Below, piece by piece: positions 36,163 through 46,352 of a DNA stretch of 64,000 bases. The stretch spans positions 1 through 64,000 of the IMG/VR virus record IMGVR_UViG_3300029286_003706; one strand, given 5' to 3'. The notes under the pieces are model-generated. The model was not told where the DNA came from. It saw only the letters and a program-made list of their open reading frames with translations, and ran no database searches. Position 1 is the first letter of the stretch. The number at the start of each line of letters is the position of its first letter. This stretch comes from a virus. The position numbers and the translations under genes are program-made.

Positions 36163-36711
36163 ATGATAACCAAATTTCAAATATATGAAGCTCAAATTAG
36201 AGATTGTATTGAAAAAACTAAAAAATCTAAATATAAATCTAATCCAGATATAGAATCTTATATTAATAAAAGTGCTAATCGAAAATTTGAAGATGATTCA
36301 CCTTTATTGTATACTGTTTATTTGGAAGATTATGATATAAATTTAAATTTTGAATACTATGATACTCCATCTCATAGTATAAAAGAGAAAATAAAAAATA
36401 GAACATCACTCAAAAGTGTATCAGAATTTAATGATGTTTTTGAAAAAACTATAAAAACTATAATACCAGATAAATTAGGAATTGGAATAGATAAAATTGA
36501 TAAAAAAGGTTGTTATGCTCTTTATTTAATGGAAAATAAATTTTTTATTTTAATAGATATTGATCCAAATTCTTTAATCGAAGGTTATTTTATTGATAAA
36601 TATGGTAGAAAAACTACAAAAAAATATCATTCCTTTGTTATCACAATACACGATAAATCTAGCATTGATAGATATTATAAAATGTTTGATATAGATGATA
36701 GTAATTTTTAA
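36163..36711 (+). CDS. protein with capsid-targeting-like tag
   Basis: MITKFQIYEAQ directly after TAATATATA. Confidence 0.7.
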   Translation: MITKFQIYEAQIRDCIEKTKKSKYKSNPDIESYINKSANRKFEDDSPLLYTVYLEDYDINLNFEYYDTPSHSIKEKIKNRTSLKSVSEFNDVFEKTIKTIIPDKLGIGIDKIDKKGCYALYLMENKFFILIDIDPNSLIEGYFIDKYGRKTTKKYHSFVITIHDKSSIDRYYKMFDIDDSNF

Positions 36712-36777
36712 AAATTTACTATTAAATTTTTTTATTAACAAAAATCATCGTATCTTTGTATTTCAAAAATAAAATAT

Positions 36778-37017
36778 ATGGAACTCATCGAAAAAGTAAA
36801 AGAAATGTCACAGTTTATAGGACTTTCCGATAATAAACAGGAATATTGTATGTGTGATGGTATCGTTGAATTTCATTTTATTGGTGATCCTGATCTTGAA
36901 ATAATTATCGAAAAACTTCATAATTTAACCAATTTTTTAACCCAAGAATTGAAAAGTGGAAATATCGAAACTTTTTTAGATAGAGATTTTGAAACTGATG
37001 TTTGGTTTACATTATAA
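36778..37017 (+). CDS. hypothetical early protein
   Basis: After TATCTTTG at 36751-36758. Confidence 0.7.
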   Translation: MELIEKVKEMSQFIGLSDNKQEYCMCDGIVEFHFIGDPDLEIIIEKLHNLTNFLTQELKSGNIETFLDRDFETDVWFTL

Positions 37018-37025
37018 ACTAAAAA

Positions 37026-37259
37026 TTACGTTGTTATTACCGAAACTTGTTGTTTTGCTAAATTTATGGTGTTATCTGTTGCATGTAGTGGGTCTTTATA
37101 ATCATTATTTACAGTAGAAACATTGGCAACAATTTCTTCTTGTTGTTTCTTTCTGGATTTTTTCCTACCTTTCTTCGTAAATTCTTTAAAAGTCTGAGTT
37201 TTACCACCACCCCAATTACTTTCAACGTTTTCTAATAAAAATTCTTTATAATTTTTCAT
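37026..37259 (-). CDS. small protein with capsid-targeting-like tag (start revised)
   Basis: MKNYKEFLLEN directly after TAATATATA; second copy TFKEF internally. Confidence 0.7.
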   Translation of the reverse strand: MKNYKEFLLENVESNWGGGKTQTFKEFTKKGRKKSRKKQQEEIVANVSTVNNDYKDPLHATDNTINLAKQQVSVITT

Positions 37260-37368
37260 AAAAGTATATATTAAAAACAAAATGTGAAAATCGGATTCTA
37301 AAATTCCTTCGTAGGATTTTTACTATCAAACAATAATTCACATTTCCATCCTTTATGATCTGTTTTTT

Positions 37369-37989
37369 CTATACTGACCTTAAACCATTTCTCCATAAAT
37401 GATGTTTCAAACAAAATTTTTGAAACCCTCCTGTTATAATATATTCATTGCCAATTGGGTCTATTATTTTATATTTTTTATAGTTGTGATTTTTATCTCC
37501 TGTTTTAGATAATCTAATTTTTTCTTTGGTTTTATCACTATGACCAATACCATATAACGGATGTTTTTCACCAGATATACTTTTACTCTGTTTTTCTTTT
37601 GATTCTTGACTTCTTTTTTTACCCATTAACGACAAAGATATTTTATCTCTTATTTCATTTGTTCTACAATAAAAACCACCATCTCCACCATCCCCACCTT
37701 GAGTCATGTTATATCCTTTTATAAAAGATTCATATTTATCAATGAAAAATATTTCTTTTTCATTGAGTTTTTTTTTATCATCACAAGTGTATAAAATTTC
37801 CCATTCAAAATTTTCTTCACCATATTTACGAATAGCATTATAAAAGATTCTGGGATGACACCCCTTTTTCAAATCATATCCATTTTTAGCTGATCGAATG
37901 TGTATATGTTTGTATTTTTCGAAGTCCTGAATAGTTTTACCTATATACATTTTACCATTTAATTTGTTTTGCACTTTATATATTATCAT
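37369..37989 (-). CDS. GIY-YIG homing endonuclease with NUMOD3 repeats; C-terminus appears frameshifted
   Basis: IIYK...MYIGKT, AIRKYG.ENF, GYNMT.GGDG, HSDKTKEKIR; HKGWKC tail lies in another frame. Confidence 0.88.
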   Translation of the reverse strand: MIIYKVQNKLNGKMYIGKTIQDFEKYKHIHIRSAKNGYDLKKGCHPRIFYNAIRKYGEENFEWEILYTCDDKKKLNEKEIFFIDKYESFIKGYNMTQGGDGGDGGFYCRTNEIRDKISLSLMGKKRSQESKEKQSKSISGEKHPLYGIGHSDKTKEKIRLSKTGDKNHNYKKYKIIDPIGNEYIITGGFQKFCLKHHLWRNGLRSV

Positions 37990-38107
37990 AATCTGTGAAA
38001 TGGTTTTTTATTGTATCATCCATTGATACTAAAAATATATATTAAATCTGTGAGATGATTTTTTTATATCATAAAAAATTTATATCTTTGTAAAAAATAA
38101 AATAGTT

Positions 38108-39532
38108 ATGTTAGAAATTAAAGGAAAATATACAACTGCTAAAATTATGACTGATGTTGTAGAACTGTCAGCTTTAACACAAATTTATAATATGGTATCA
38201 CATCCAGCATTTACTAATGAAATAGTTATGCAAATAGATTTACACGCTGGTGCTTCAGCACCAATAGGATTTACGATGCCTTTATCTGAAAAAATTGTCC
38301 CGAATACAGTATCGGTGGATATTGGATGTGGGGTTTTAGTCATTTGCATGGGTGAAAATTTCACTACTAACAAAGATAAGTTATTGAAAATGGATGAAAA
38401 AATTAGGAATATTGTTCCAATGGGTAATAATATCCAAGAAAAATCAGTCATTCCATCAAAATATTTTGAAAAGAATTTTCCTTGGAAAGAAACTAATGAT
38501 ATTGTTAAAAAATTCATTATTACATATAACAAAAAATTCAATACTAATTTTAATAGTATAGAATTTACATATGACTGGTTTTTGAAAAGACAAAAAGAAA
38601 TTGGAATGAAACAAGATGCTGAATTGGCAATAGGATCACTCGGTAGGGGGAATCATTTTATAAGTATTGAAAAATCAGTTAATTACAATTCTACTTGGTT
38701 ACTTATTCATTGTGGTTCAAGAAATTTTGGTAAAATGATTTGCGAATATCACATGAAAATTGCTAAAAAGGATTTAGACAACAAAAGAAATGTTGTGTTA
38801 ACAAAAAAAATTAATGAAATTAAATTAAATTTTTCTGGTGATATAATTCCATCTAAAATTAAGGAAGCAAAAAAAGATTTGGGTATTGATTTTGAAACAA
38901 ATATGATTGGAATGGAATATCTTGAAGGACAACACGCTATGGATTATTTCATTGATATGGTATTTGCACAAAAATATGCTCAATTTAATCGTTCAACTAT
39001 TTCTAATAATATTCTTAAATCCATTGGAGAAAAAGAAACTGATAGAATTGAATCTATTCATAATTATATAGACTTTTCAGATTTGATTCTTAGAAAAGGT
39101 GCAATTCGTTCATATATTGATGAAAGATTAGTTGTTCCAATTTCTATGGCTTTTGGTTCTTTTTTATGTAAAGGTAAATCAAATCCGGATTTTAATTATA
39201 GTGGGCCTCACGGTGCAGGAAGATTAATGAGTAGGGGGGTTGCATCCAGATCAATTGATATGAAAGATTTTGAATTTCAAATGAAAGGAATTGTATCAAC
39301 ATCAGTAGTAAAAAGTTGTTTAGATGAAAGTCCAAATGCTTATAAAAAACCAAAGGATATTGAAATTGGAATAGAACCTACTGCTGAAATTATTGATCAT
39401 TTGATTCCACTCTTAAATATTAAAGATAAAAATGAAACTACCAATTGGAAAGAAAGAAAAGAGAAAGAGAAAAGAGAAAAATCTGAAAGGGTAAATCATA
39501 AGGAAATGAGAAATGCAAGGGGTAAATTTTAA
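38108..39532 (+). CDS. rtcB: RtcB RNA ligase
   Basis: VDIGCG, GSLGRGNHF, HCGSR, HNY, RKGA, HGAGR, DESP.AYK. Confidence 0.93.
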   Translation: MLEIKGKYTTAKIMTDVVELSALTQIYNMVSHPAFTNEIVMQIDLHAGASAPIGFTMPLSEKIVPNTVSVDIGCGVLVICMGENFTTNKDKLLKMDEKIRNIVPMGNNIQEKSVIPSKYFEKNFPWKETNDIVKKFIITYNKKFNTNFNSIEFTYDWFLKRQKEIGMKQDAELAIGSLGRGNHFISIEKSVNYNSTWLLIHCGSRNFGKMICEYHMKIAKKDLDNKRNVVLTKKINEIKLNFSGDIIPSKIKEAKKDLGIDFETNMIGMEYLEGQHAMDYFIDMVFAQKYAQFNRSTISNNILKSIGEKETDRIESIHNYIDFSDLILRKGAIRSYIDERLVVPISMAFGSFLCKGKSNPDFNYSGPHGAGRLMSRGVASRSIDMKDFEFQMKGIVSTSVVKSCLDESPNAYKKPKDIEIGIEPTAEIIDHLIPLLNIKDKNETTNWKERKEKEKREKSERVNHKEMRNARGKF

Positions 39533-39535
39533 ATT

Positions 39536-39895
39536 ATGAAATCGTCTATTGGATATTTCGAATTTAAATATAAAAATGGGTTTAAACAAATTAAAGAACT
39601 CATATCGATTTCTGATTTCAAAGAATATCAAAAACTACGAAATCAGAAAATCGAAATTGAAAACAAAGTAAAAGGTAAGAAAAAAGATCCGGAAATGGAA
39701 GTTGTTTTAAAATCCATTAATGAAGAATTAAAACAATTTTCATTTCCATTTATAGTTGAAAAATCACCAATGTCGGATGCAATTCAAACCGGAATAATTG
39801 AATTACCTAAAAGTCAGGGTGGGAAACATCCGGTTAATGTAAATGTTGTAAATAAATTAATTGATTATAATATAATTGAAGAATATGATAAATGA
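39536..39895 (+). CDS. hypothetical protein
   Basis: 119-aa ORF after rtcB. Confidence 0.7.
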   Translation: MKSSIGYFEFKYKNGFKQIKELISISDFKEYQKLRNQKIEIENKVKGKKKDPEMEVVLKSINEELKQFSFPFIVEKSPMSDAIQTGIIELPKSQGGKHPVNVNVVNKLIDYNIIEEYDK

Positions 39896-39934
39896 AAGTT
39901 TTTTTATTTGAAATAATTTTGTAAATTGTAAAAT

Positions 39935-40150
39935 ATGGCAAGAGGAATAAAATACCCGTTCGTAATTAGAACAATTGAAGAAAGATTGATTTTAGAAAAC
40001 AAGTATCTTGAATTGTTTAAGAAACATCGTAATGAAGCTCCAGATTGGGGTGATTCAAATATTCACAGTTGTGAACATAGAATTGATGAATTGAAAGAAA
40101 GTATTGAATTTTTAAAAACAATTGTTTCAGATGATGAAAAAAGAAATTAA
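39935..40150 (+). CDS. hypothetical early protein
   Basis: After TAATTTTG at 39914-39921. Confidence 0.7.
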   Translation: MARGIKYPFVIRTIEERLILENKYLELFKKHRNEAPDWGDSNIHSCEHRIDELKESIEFLKTIVSDDEKRN

Positions 40151-40442
40151 AAGAAAAGAAATTTTCAGGAAACATTATGATGGAATTAGAACCGGATTTC
40201 TTTTTTCTGATTTACCAACCTATATTTTACCCACCGATATTATAGATTTTGAAAAAATTGAGGGTTTTTGGAGTGAAAATAATAGTTGGGATGATCATTC
40301 AATTTTAAAAGTTTATCGTAAAATAGAAGAAACTGATGAAGAATTTGAAAAACGAAAACTTTTTTGGGAACAAAAAAGAGATGAAAGTAAACAAATGAGA
40401 TATGAACAATATCTTAAATTAGAAAAAGAATTTGGAAAATGA
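40122..40442 (+). CDS. hypothetical protein
   Basis: Overlapping operon gene; true start probably a few codons downstream. Confidence 0.65.
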   Translation: MFQMMKKEIKRKEIFRKHYDGIRTGFLFSDLPTYILPTDIIDFEKIEGFWSENNSWDDHSILKVYRKIEETDEEFEKRKLFWEQKRDESKQMRYEQYLKLEKEFGK

Positions 40443-40678
40443 TTTACGGCAACACAGCAATTTGTCCTTTTTGTGGTGAATTACAAAAAGTGTGTATGGG
40501 ATTTTGTATAGAAAAAAATATTTCTTGTGATGAACCTTTTGATTCAGAAAAATGGTTCAGAAAAAACATAGTACAAGAAATGACGAGAAGTGAATTGGAA
40601 AATCGGATATGTGAATATCACGAAATTATTTATCAATTAAGAAATGAAATTACTAAATTGAAAGAAAATGGAAAATAA
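40439..40678 (+). CDS. small Cys-rich protein
   Basis: CPFCG; ATGA overlap. Confidence 0.65.
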   Translation: MIYGNTAICPFCGELQKVCMGFCIEKNISCDEPFDSEKWFRKNIVQEMTRSELENRICEYHEIIYQLRNEITKLKENGK

Positions 40679-40943
40679 TATCGAGTATAAAAAAGATGAT
40701 AATGGTAATCATTTCTACAAAAAATTACCAGATGGAACATATTTACATGTTTCGGTGTTTAATCACGATGTTGTAAGTGAATATAAAACTGGAAAATTTC
40801 TTGTGTCAAGTAAACATTTAAAAGGTGATTGTTGTATTAACAATTTACCACATATCAATCCACATTTTTTAGAACTAACTGATTCTACCCAAGAAGAATT
40901 TGAACAAAAATTAAATGAAGCTATTGTTGAACTTGGTATTTAA
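40668..40943 (+). CDS. hypothetical protein
   Basis: Operon gene. Confidence 0.65.
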   Translation: MENNIEYKKDDNGNHFYKKLPDGTYLHVSVFNHDVVSEYKTGKFLVSSKHLKGDCCINNLPHINPHFLELTDSTQEEFEQKLNEAIVELGI

Positions 40944-41217
40944 CATCGAAACAAACAACCATAAGGGGGAACTTTTGAAAAACGAAGAACAAATAAAAAT
41001 AATTTTAAAAAATCTACTTTGTAAAGAAGCTAGACCGGAAGGCCTATTGATATTAAGTAAAGCATCAGAAGGACAGATGAAAGAATTTTTAACTTATTAT
41101 CAGGAAGATAAAGAAAATGTTTGTTGTTTGGTATTGGATTCTATTAAGATGAAATTGGTAGAATCTGGTGAAATGGAAATGAAAGAAGATGATTATTTTG
41201 GTAAACCTTTTATTTAA
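40915..41217 (+). CDS. hypothetical protein (start uncertain)
   Basis: Fills the operon gap. Confidence 0.5.
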   Translation: MKLLLNLVFNIETNNHKGELLKNEEQIKIILKNLLCKEARPEGLLILSKASEGQMKEFLTYYQEDKENVCCLVLDSIKMKLVESGEMEMKEDDYFGKPFI

Positions 41218-41229
41218 AAAATTAAAATT

Positions 41230-41767
41230 ATGGATATATTAATGTATATTTTTACTTACGGTTTCTTTTGGTTTAGCTATCTTAACCGCTGTTTTAATTT
41301 ACACATCAATATTTAGAAAAATATTTGGAACTATTGTTATCACAATTGGATACTGGTCAATAACTTTTATTTTAATTTTTATTTTGGATTCGATATTATG
41401 GGAAATATCGGATAAAAAAGAAACGGTTTTAAAAACAAATATTTACGGTATAAATAAAGAAACAACCACTACCAATAATAGATTTATTATCGGATGTGGA
41501 TATATTAAAAACGAATATCGTTATTCTTATTATGTACGATATGGAAAACAAAGTTATAAATTAGATGATGTATCTGCAACCAATTCGGTGATTATAGAAG
41601 ATGAAGAAGTGAAACCATATATTATCAAATGGAAAAATGTTGAAGTTGTAAATAAAAACAAATGGAAAAATTGGTTATTATTACAAACAAAAATAATTGA
41701 TGTTGATGGTATTGAAATACATGTTCCGAAAGGAACCATTGTTCAAGAATTAAGAGGTAAATTATGA
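41230..41767 (+). pseudogene. frameshifted membrane-anchored protein
   Basis: Hydrophobic MDILMYIFTYGFFWF... start is out of frame with the 41384-41767 ORF. Confidence 0.5.
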
Positions 41768-42333
41768 AGAAAGAAATTTTATTTCTTTGTGCAACCGAAT
41801 TGGAAAGTGATGGTCTGATGATTTTAGATCAGTTGGTTCATATTACAGGTATTGGTAAAATAGCAGCCACGATGACCACAACATCATTGATAATGAAATA
41901 TAATCCCGAATTGGTCATTAATTTTGGTTCTTGTGGAGGATTACAAGATAATCATAAAGTAGGTGATATTTTAAGAGTTGGTATTGTTCATAATGATATA
42001 GATACAAGACCATTTTCGAAATATGGATTTACACCATTTAGTAATATTGGACCGTTTGTTTTAAGTGATACTAATATTCAATGTTTTAGTTCTGATTATT
42101 TTTATCATAAAACAAGAACTGATTATTCTGATAAATATAAAGAAATGGTTCATAAGTGTAATATTATTGATATGGAACTTTATTCTATAGCTCAAGTGTG
42201 TTCTAATTTTAATATAAAATTAGAATCTTACAAATGGATATCGGATGATGGTAGTTCAACAGATTGGACTGAAAATGTAAAAATAGGATTTAAAAATTTT
42301 AAAAATAAAATAATGAAAAAATATTCGGAATAA
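41764..42333 (+). CDS. MTA/SAH nucleosidase-like purine phosphorylase family protein
   Basis: TGIGKIAA, INFGSCGGL, SSDYF, DMELYSIAQVC, KWISD. Confidence 0.85.
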   Translation: MKKEILFLCATELESDGLMILDQLVHITGIGKIAATMTTTSLIMKYNPELVINFGSCGGLQDNHKVGDILRVGIVHNDIDTRPFSKYGFTPFSNIGPFVLSDTNIQCFSSDYFYHKTRTDYSDKYKEMVHKCNIIDMELYSIAQVCSNFNIKLESYKWISDDGSSTDWTENVKIGFKNFKNKIMKKYSE

Positions 42334-42344
42334 TCATTAATTTT

Positions 42345-42887
42345 TCATTTTTTTATAAAATTTACGATATTTTTTAAAACTTTTTGTTTTTTATTAAGTC
42401 TAATAAAAGAGAAATCAACAAGACCTATTTCATGCTCTTTTGTATAAAAAATAATTTTATTTACAATTTCAGGTATGTCTTTTAAATTCAAAAATTTTTC
42501 AAAGTTATTAATCACTACCGTTTCTTTACAAACTATGTTTGTAATTATCAATATGATTTGTAATGAAATAGATATTCTTTTTTTTAATATAATGAAATTT
42601 GGAATTGAATTTATCAATTCATCATGTAACAATTTTGATTTATTTAAGTCTAATTTGAGTTTTTCAGCTAAAATATGAATTATTATTAATATAAGGTTAT
42701 CATCTGTTATTTGTGTATTATCTTTTAGTATGAGTTTTTTAAATAATTTATATATAGTTGTCAAAGGAATTATTTTAGTTCCAAGAATACTTGATTCAAA
42801 ACCACATTTTTTAACTAATCTATTATGATTAGAAATATATTGGTTATATTTTTTTACAAAATCAGTGAATTTATCAACTTTTTTCAT
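42345..42887 (-). CDS. hypothetical late protein with weak capsid-targeting-like tag
   Basis: MKKVDKFTDFVKK. Confidence 0.6.
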   Translation of the reverse strand: MKKVDKFTDFVKKYNQYISNHNRLVKKCGFESSILGTKIIPLTTIYKLFKKLILKDNTQITDDNLILIIIHILAEKLKLDLNKSKLLHDELINSIPNFIILKKRISISLQIILIITNIVCKETVVINNFEKFLNLKDIPEIVNKIIFYTKEHEIGLVDFSFIRLNKKQKVLKNIVNFIKK

Positions 42888-43031
42888 TTATGATGAAAAG
42901 TTTAATGATATATATAAAATTCTTCATTGATATTTTTTTTATTAGTAATAATTTAGTATATTGAATATATCATAATCTTTTACGTTTTGAATTAAAAGAT
43001 TGAATAAAAATAAATTAAGAAGGGTAAATAT

Positions 43032-43880
43032 ATGGAAAATTTATTGGAAAGGAATTTTAATGAAAAGACAGGATTGGAATTTAATAAGTGTTATAAGGAA
43101 TTTATGCCAAAAATTACGTGGTATTTGGCTAGTACATGGTTAGTTAATAATGTTGAAAAGGCAGAAGAATATGCACATAGGTCTTTCATTCAAGGTTTGG
43201 AAAAAATCGATACGTTCGATCCAGAAAAAGCACAATTGATTACATGGTTAACTCAAATATCAAAGAACTTGGTCATTAAAGATTATAAGGATGCACTAAG
43301 ATTCGATTCTGTTTCACTTGATGCTGAAATTGACGATACACCGGGAATTATTAATATCATTAAATATGAAACTGGTGAAGTTGAAAATGAAGAATATGAA
43401 GAAAATTTAAAAAAATGTGAAATTATTAAAAATACAATAATGACACTACCACCAAAATATAAAAAGGTGATGATTTTAAGGGAAATTCAAAGAATGCCAT
43501 ATAAGGACATCGCTGATTTTATAAAAAAGGAAGAAAAAACCATTTTGGGAAAAAATGATAAGATAAGATTATCTACACCGGAAGATTTTTATTCTTTATT
43601 TATTGATAACACCAAAGGTAGTGGTGATATTAAAATTCATTTTTCAAATGGAAAAAACGAATTTTCAAGGGTTGTAAGGACGGGTAGTAACACAACCATA
43701 GTCAGGGAAGAAATAGAATGGGATCGTATGTCTGGGGATAGATTTGATGTGTTTTCTGATAGTAATTACTGTAATATGATTTATATTACGACAACAAATC
43801 TATCAACTGTAAAATCCCAAATAAAAAAAGGTAGGAGTTTAGTAAAAAATAAGGTTTATCGTAAATTTAAACAAATTTAA
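43032..43880 (+). CDS. ECF-like sigma70 factor with ~90-aa insertion in region 4
   Basis: Region 2: AEE....SFI......FDPEKAQLITWLTQISKN; region 4: LPPKYKKVMILRE...YKDIA...STVKSQIKKGR. Confidence 0.85.
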   Translation: MENLLERNFNEKTGLEFNKCYKEFMPKITWYLASTWLVNNVEKAEEYAHRSFIQGLEKIDTFDPEKAQLITWLTQISKNLVIKDYKDALRFDSVSLDAEIDDTPGIINIIKYETGEVENEEYEENLKKCEIIKNTIMTLPPKYKKVMILREIQRMPYKDIADFIKKEEKTILGKNDKIRLSTPEDFYSLFIDNTKGSGDIKIHFSNGKNEFSRVVRTGSNTTIVREEIEWDRMSGDRFDVFSDSNYCNMIYITTTNLSTVKSQIKKGRSLVKNKVYRKFKQI

Positions 43881-43908
43881 CCCATTAAAATTAACTATAT
43901 AGTTATGT

Positions 43909-44208
43909 ATGGAAAATAATAGAATACCAATTGGACCGACTAGTGTAATAGAGGATTTATTTAGTAATGAATTAAATACTTTGCTAGATGAACTGATGAA
44001 AAAAATAACATTGAAGGATTATACACACCCAGTTGGTACAGCGTGGATTTTAGTGAATGTTAGAAACAATGATTATAATCCAGTAGTTTTAAATGAAGTT
44101 AAACGCAGATATTTAAATGAGGGGTGGGGTAATGTTTTTTATAATATTATTGATAATGGAACAATTACCTTTCAACTTTATTTTCCACAAACTAAGAGTG
44201 TGTTATGA
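43909..44208 (+). CDS. hypothetical protein
   Basis: 99-aa ORF. Confidence 0.65.
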   Translation: MENNRIPIGPTSVIEDLFSNELNTLLDELMKKITLKDYTHPVGTAWILVNVRNNDYNPVVLNEVKRRYLNEGWGNVFYNIIDNGTITFQLYFPQTKSVL

Positions 44209-44549
44209 AAGTTTTAATGTTATATTCTGGAAATTGGAACGATGAAATCGATGTCGATGGATTTGTTATAATGGAAAAAAGTTTTGTTTCTTATATGAAG
44301 AAATTTTTAAGAGATTTTGAATATACTATATCTGTTGATATTGGTTTTATTGAAACAATAGATTATGACAATGGAAAAGATTTACTTCAGGAAATTTCAT
44401 TTTCAACAATAACCAATGATGAATCTAATATTATTTCTAAATTTTTTGGTGAATCAAATGATTTTGGTGATAATCTTTTATTATCAATAAAAAGATCGTC
44501 AATTGATAATGGTAATGAGGAATTCAACTTTGAAAAAAATAATAAATAA
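44205..44549 (+). CDS. hypothetical protein
   Basis: ATGA-coupled ORF. Confidence 0.65.
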   Translation: MKVLMLYSGNWNDEIDVDGFVIMEKSFVSYMKKFLRDFEYTISVDIGFIETIDYDNGKDLLQEISFSTITNDESNIISKFFGESNDFGDNLLLSIKRSSIDNGNEEFNFEKNNK

Positions 44550-44550
44550 T

Positions 44551-44829
44551 ATGTTTCAAAAATATTATGAAATAATTTTAATTGATATCAAACAAATATC
44601 CAATAAGGATTCATCTGGTAATGATTTATATGATGGTGAAGAAGTTGTAAGATATAGTGATGCTATAATTCCACTTGTGGGTGATGTTATTCATTTCGAT
44701 TGTGGTTCTTATATTGTACAAGAAAGACATCATTCGGCAGAATGTAATAAAAAAGTTTTATTGGTGGAAAAAATTGAAGAGAATGATCAAAATTTAGTCG
44801 CTGATGATAAATTGACAATCAACGATTGA
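44551..44829 (+). CDS. hypothetical protein (start revised to ATG 44551)
   Basis: MFQKYYEII... Confidence 0.6.
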   Translation: MFQKYYEIILIDIKQISNKDSSGNDLYDGEEVVRYSDAIIPLVGDVIHFDCGSYIVQERHHSAECNKKVLLVEKIEENDQNLVADDKLTIND

Positions 44830-44861
44830 AATAAAAGTAAACAAATTAAAACTATAAAATA

Positions 44862-45236
44862 ATGATTTGGTATAAGATAGTTGATATAGAAAAAGGTAAC
44901 GTAAAAACCCTTTTTCATGGTGTTGGAGGGTCTAGAACTCTTCCATATAACAAATGGTTAACTGCGGAAAAAAAGATGGTATCTGATGGTAAAAGTACTG
45001 AATATTTGTCAGGGTTCCATGTGATACCATCACATGAGGAAAGTGTAGATTATTTGATCAAATTTAAAAATACGGAAAAAAAGGCAATAATTCCGGTTTA
45101 TGTTGATGGAGATGTTAGAAAAAAGGAACATAGTCCATCTAATGTTTGGTTGGCTGATAAAATATTTATACCAAATGGGTTTCTTTTTTCTGATTTACAA
45201 ACTAATATTTTATCAACGATAAATGAAAGAAAATGA
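44862..45236 (+). CDS. hypothetical protein
   Basis: KTLFHGV.GSR, YLSGFH motifs. Confidence 0.7.
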   Translation: MIWYKIVDIEKGNVKTLFHGVGGSRTLPYNKWLTAEKKMVSDGKSTEYLSGFHVIPSHEESVDYLIKFKNTEKKAIIPVYVDGDVRKKEHSPSNVWLADKIFIPNGFLFSDLQTNILSTINERK

Positions 45237-45492
45237 ATTAGAAAAAATGAATAATTTCGTAAAAGAATTTTACGAAAAATTCGGAAAAGTCGATGTATCT
45301 CAATTAACTGGTCAGTTGAAAAAAGATTTTTTAAATGTCAAAAAAATGGTAGAGAAAACAGAAATTCAAATAAAGATTGCTGAAAATATTTTGGATACTT
45401 TTAGTATGTTTGATGTAAATTCCATCGAAATGGGTAGTAAAACCTATTCGAAACAAATTGTACCTGATAATAATTTTGATGAATTAGTATGA
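45223..45492 (+). CDS. hypothetical protein
   Basis: Operon gene. Confidence 0.65.
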   Translation: MKENELEKMNNFVKEFYEKFGKVDVSQLTGQLKKDFLNVKKMVEKTEIQIKIAENILDTFSMFDVNSIEMGSKTYSKQIVPDNNFDELV

Positions 45493-45633
45493 TAAAAACT
45501 TGGTATATTCCCATTATGGATAAAAAATCATATTCTGTAGGATATTGGAAAGTTAGTGACAAAACATATAATAAAATTTTTCAAACAGTAAATAATTATT
45601 TCATTAAATTCAATTTTGAAATGAAAACAATGA

Positions 45634-45882
45634 ATGATAAGCAAAGAAAAAGTCACTAAAGAAGAATTCGTGGACAAATTAAAAAAGTCTAAATATTTGA
45701 TTTTTAGAACGGAATTTGATGATGTAAAAATTTTCATCAGTGGATTTGGTAATAAATTTAAAATTGTAAAAGTAAAAAATGGAAATGTAAAAACAAGTGT
45801 GGATGGGTTTAATGGATATAGAAATATGGATGTTAATTTTTTGAAATACTGGTTTGATGAATATAAATTAATAATTGAATGA
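45634..45882 (+). CDS. hypothetical protein
   Basis: Operon gene. Confidence 0.6.
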   Translation: MISKEKVTKEEFVDKLKKSKYLIFRTEFDDVKIFISGFGNKFKIVKVKNGNVKTSVDGFNGYRNMDVNFLKYWFDEYKLIIE

Positions 45883-46286
45883 AAACTATGAAACTACTAT
45901 CATATAAAGATATTTATGAAACATATAATATCGGTGATGTTTTTTATGATAAAAATTTAAAAGATTTTTATTTTATATGTAGATATCACGAACAAGATGA
46001 TAAGGTAATAATTTTTACTGATACTTCTGGTAAAGAAACAATAATTCATTATTTAACATTTGGATCTAGATTATTACTTGTTATCGGAATCAATAAAATA
46101 AAAATATCAATTCACTGGGATAAACCATTGTTTTTTAATAAAGAACAGGCTGATATTTTGAAAAGTATTAACATGGATAATATTATTGATGAATATGATA
46201 AATTTTTAAAAGATGGTTTAGAAAAAGGTATCATAACCGAAGAAGAATATAAAAACCCACAACTTATGAATATTCCACCTAAATGA
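45879..46286 (+). CDS. hypothetical protein
   Basis: ATGA-coupled ORF. Confidence 0.65.
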   Translation: MKTMKLLSYKDIYETYNIGDVFYDKNLKDFYFICRYHEQDDKVIIFTDTSGKETIIHYLTFGSRLLLVIGINKIKISIHWDKPLFFNKEQADILKSINMDNIIDEYDKFLKDGLEKGIITEEEYKNPQLMNIPPK

Positions 46287-46352
46287 TAGAAATTAACGTT
46301 TCATGAATATGGATTATGATTTTAAAACACCCTATGAACTATTGATACCCAA

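Noticed and set aside
43524-43796. Intein in the sigma factor
   Set aside because: No N-terminal Cys/Ser block or C-terminal His-Asn
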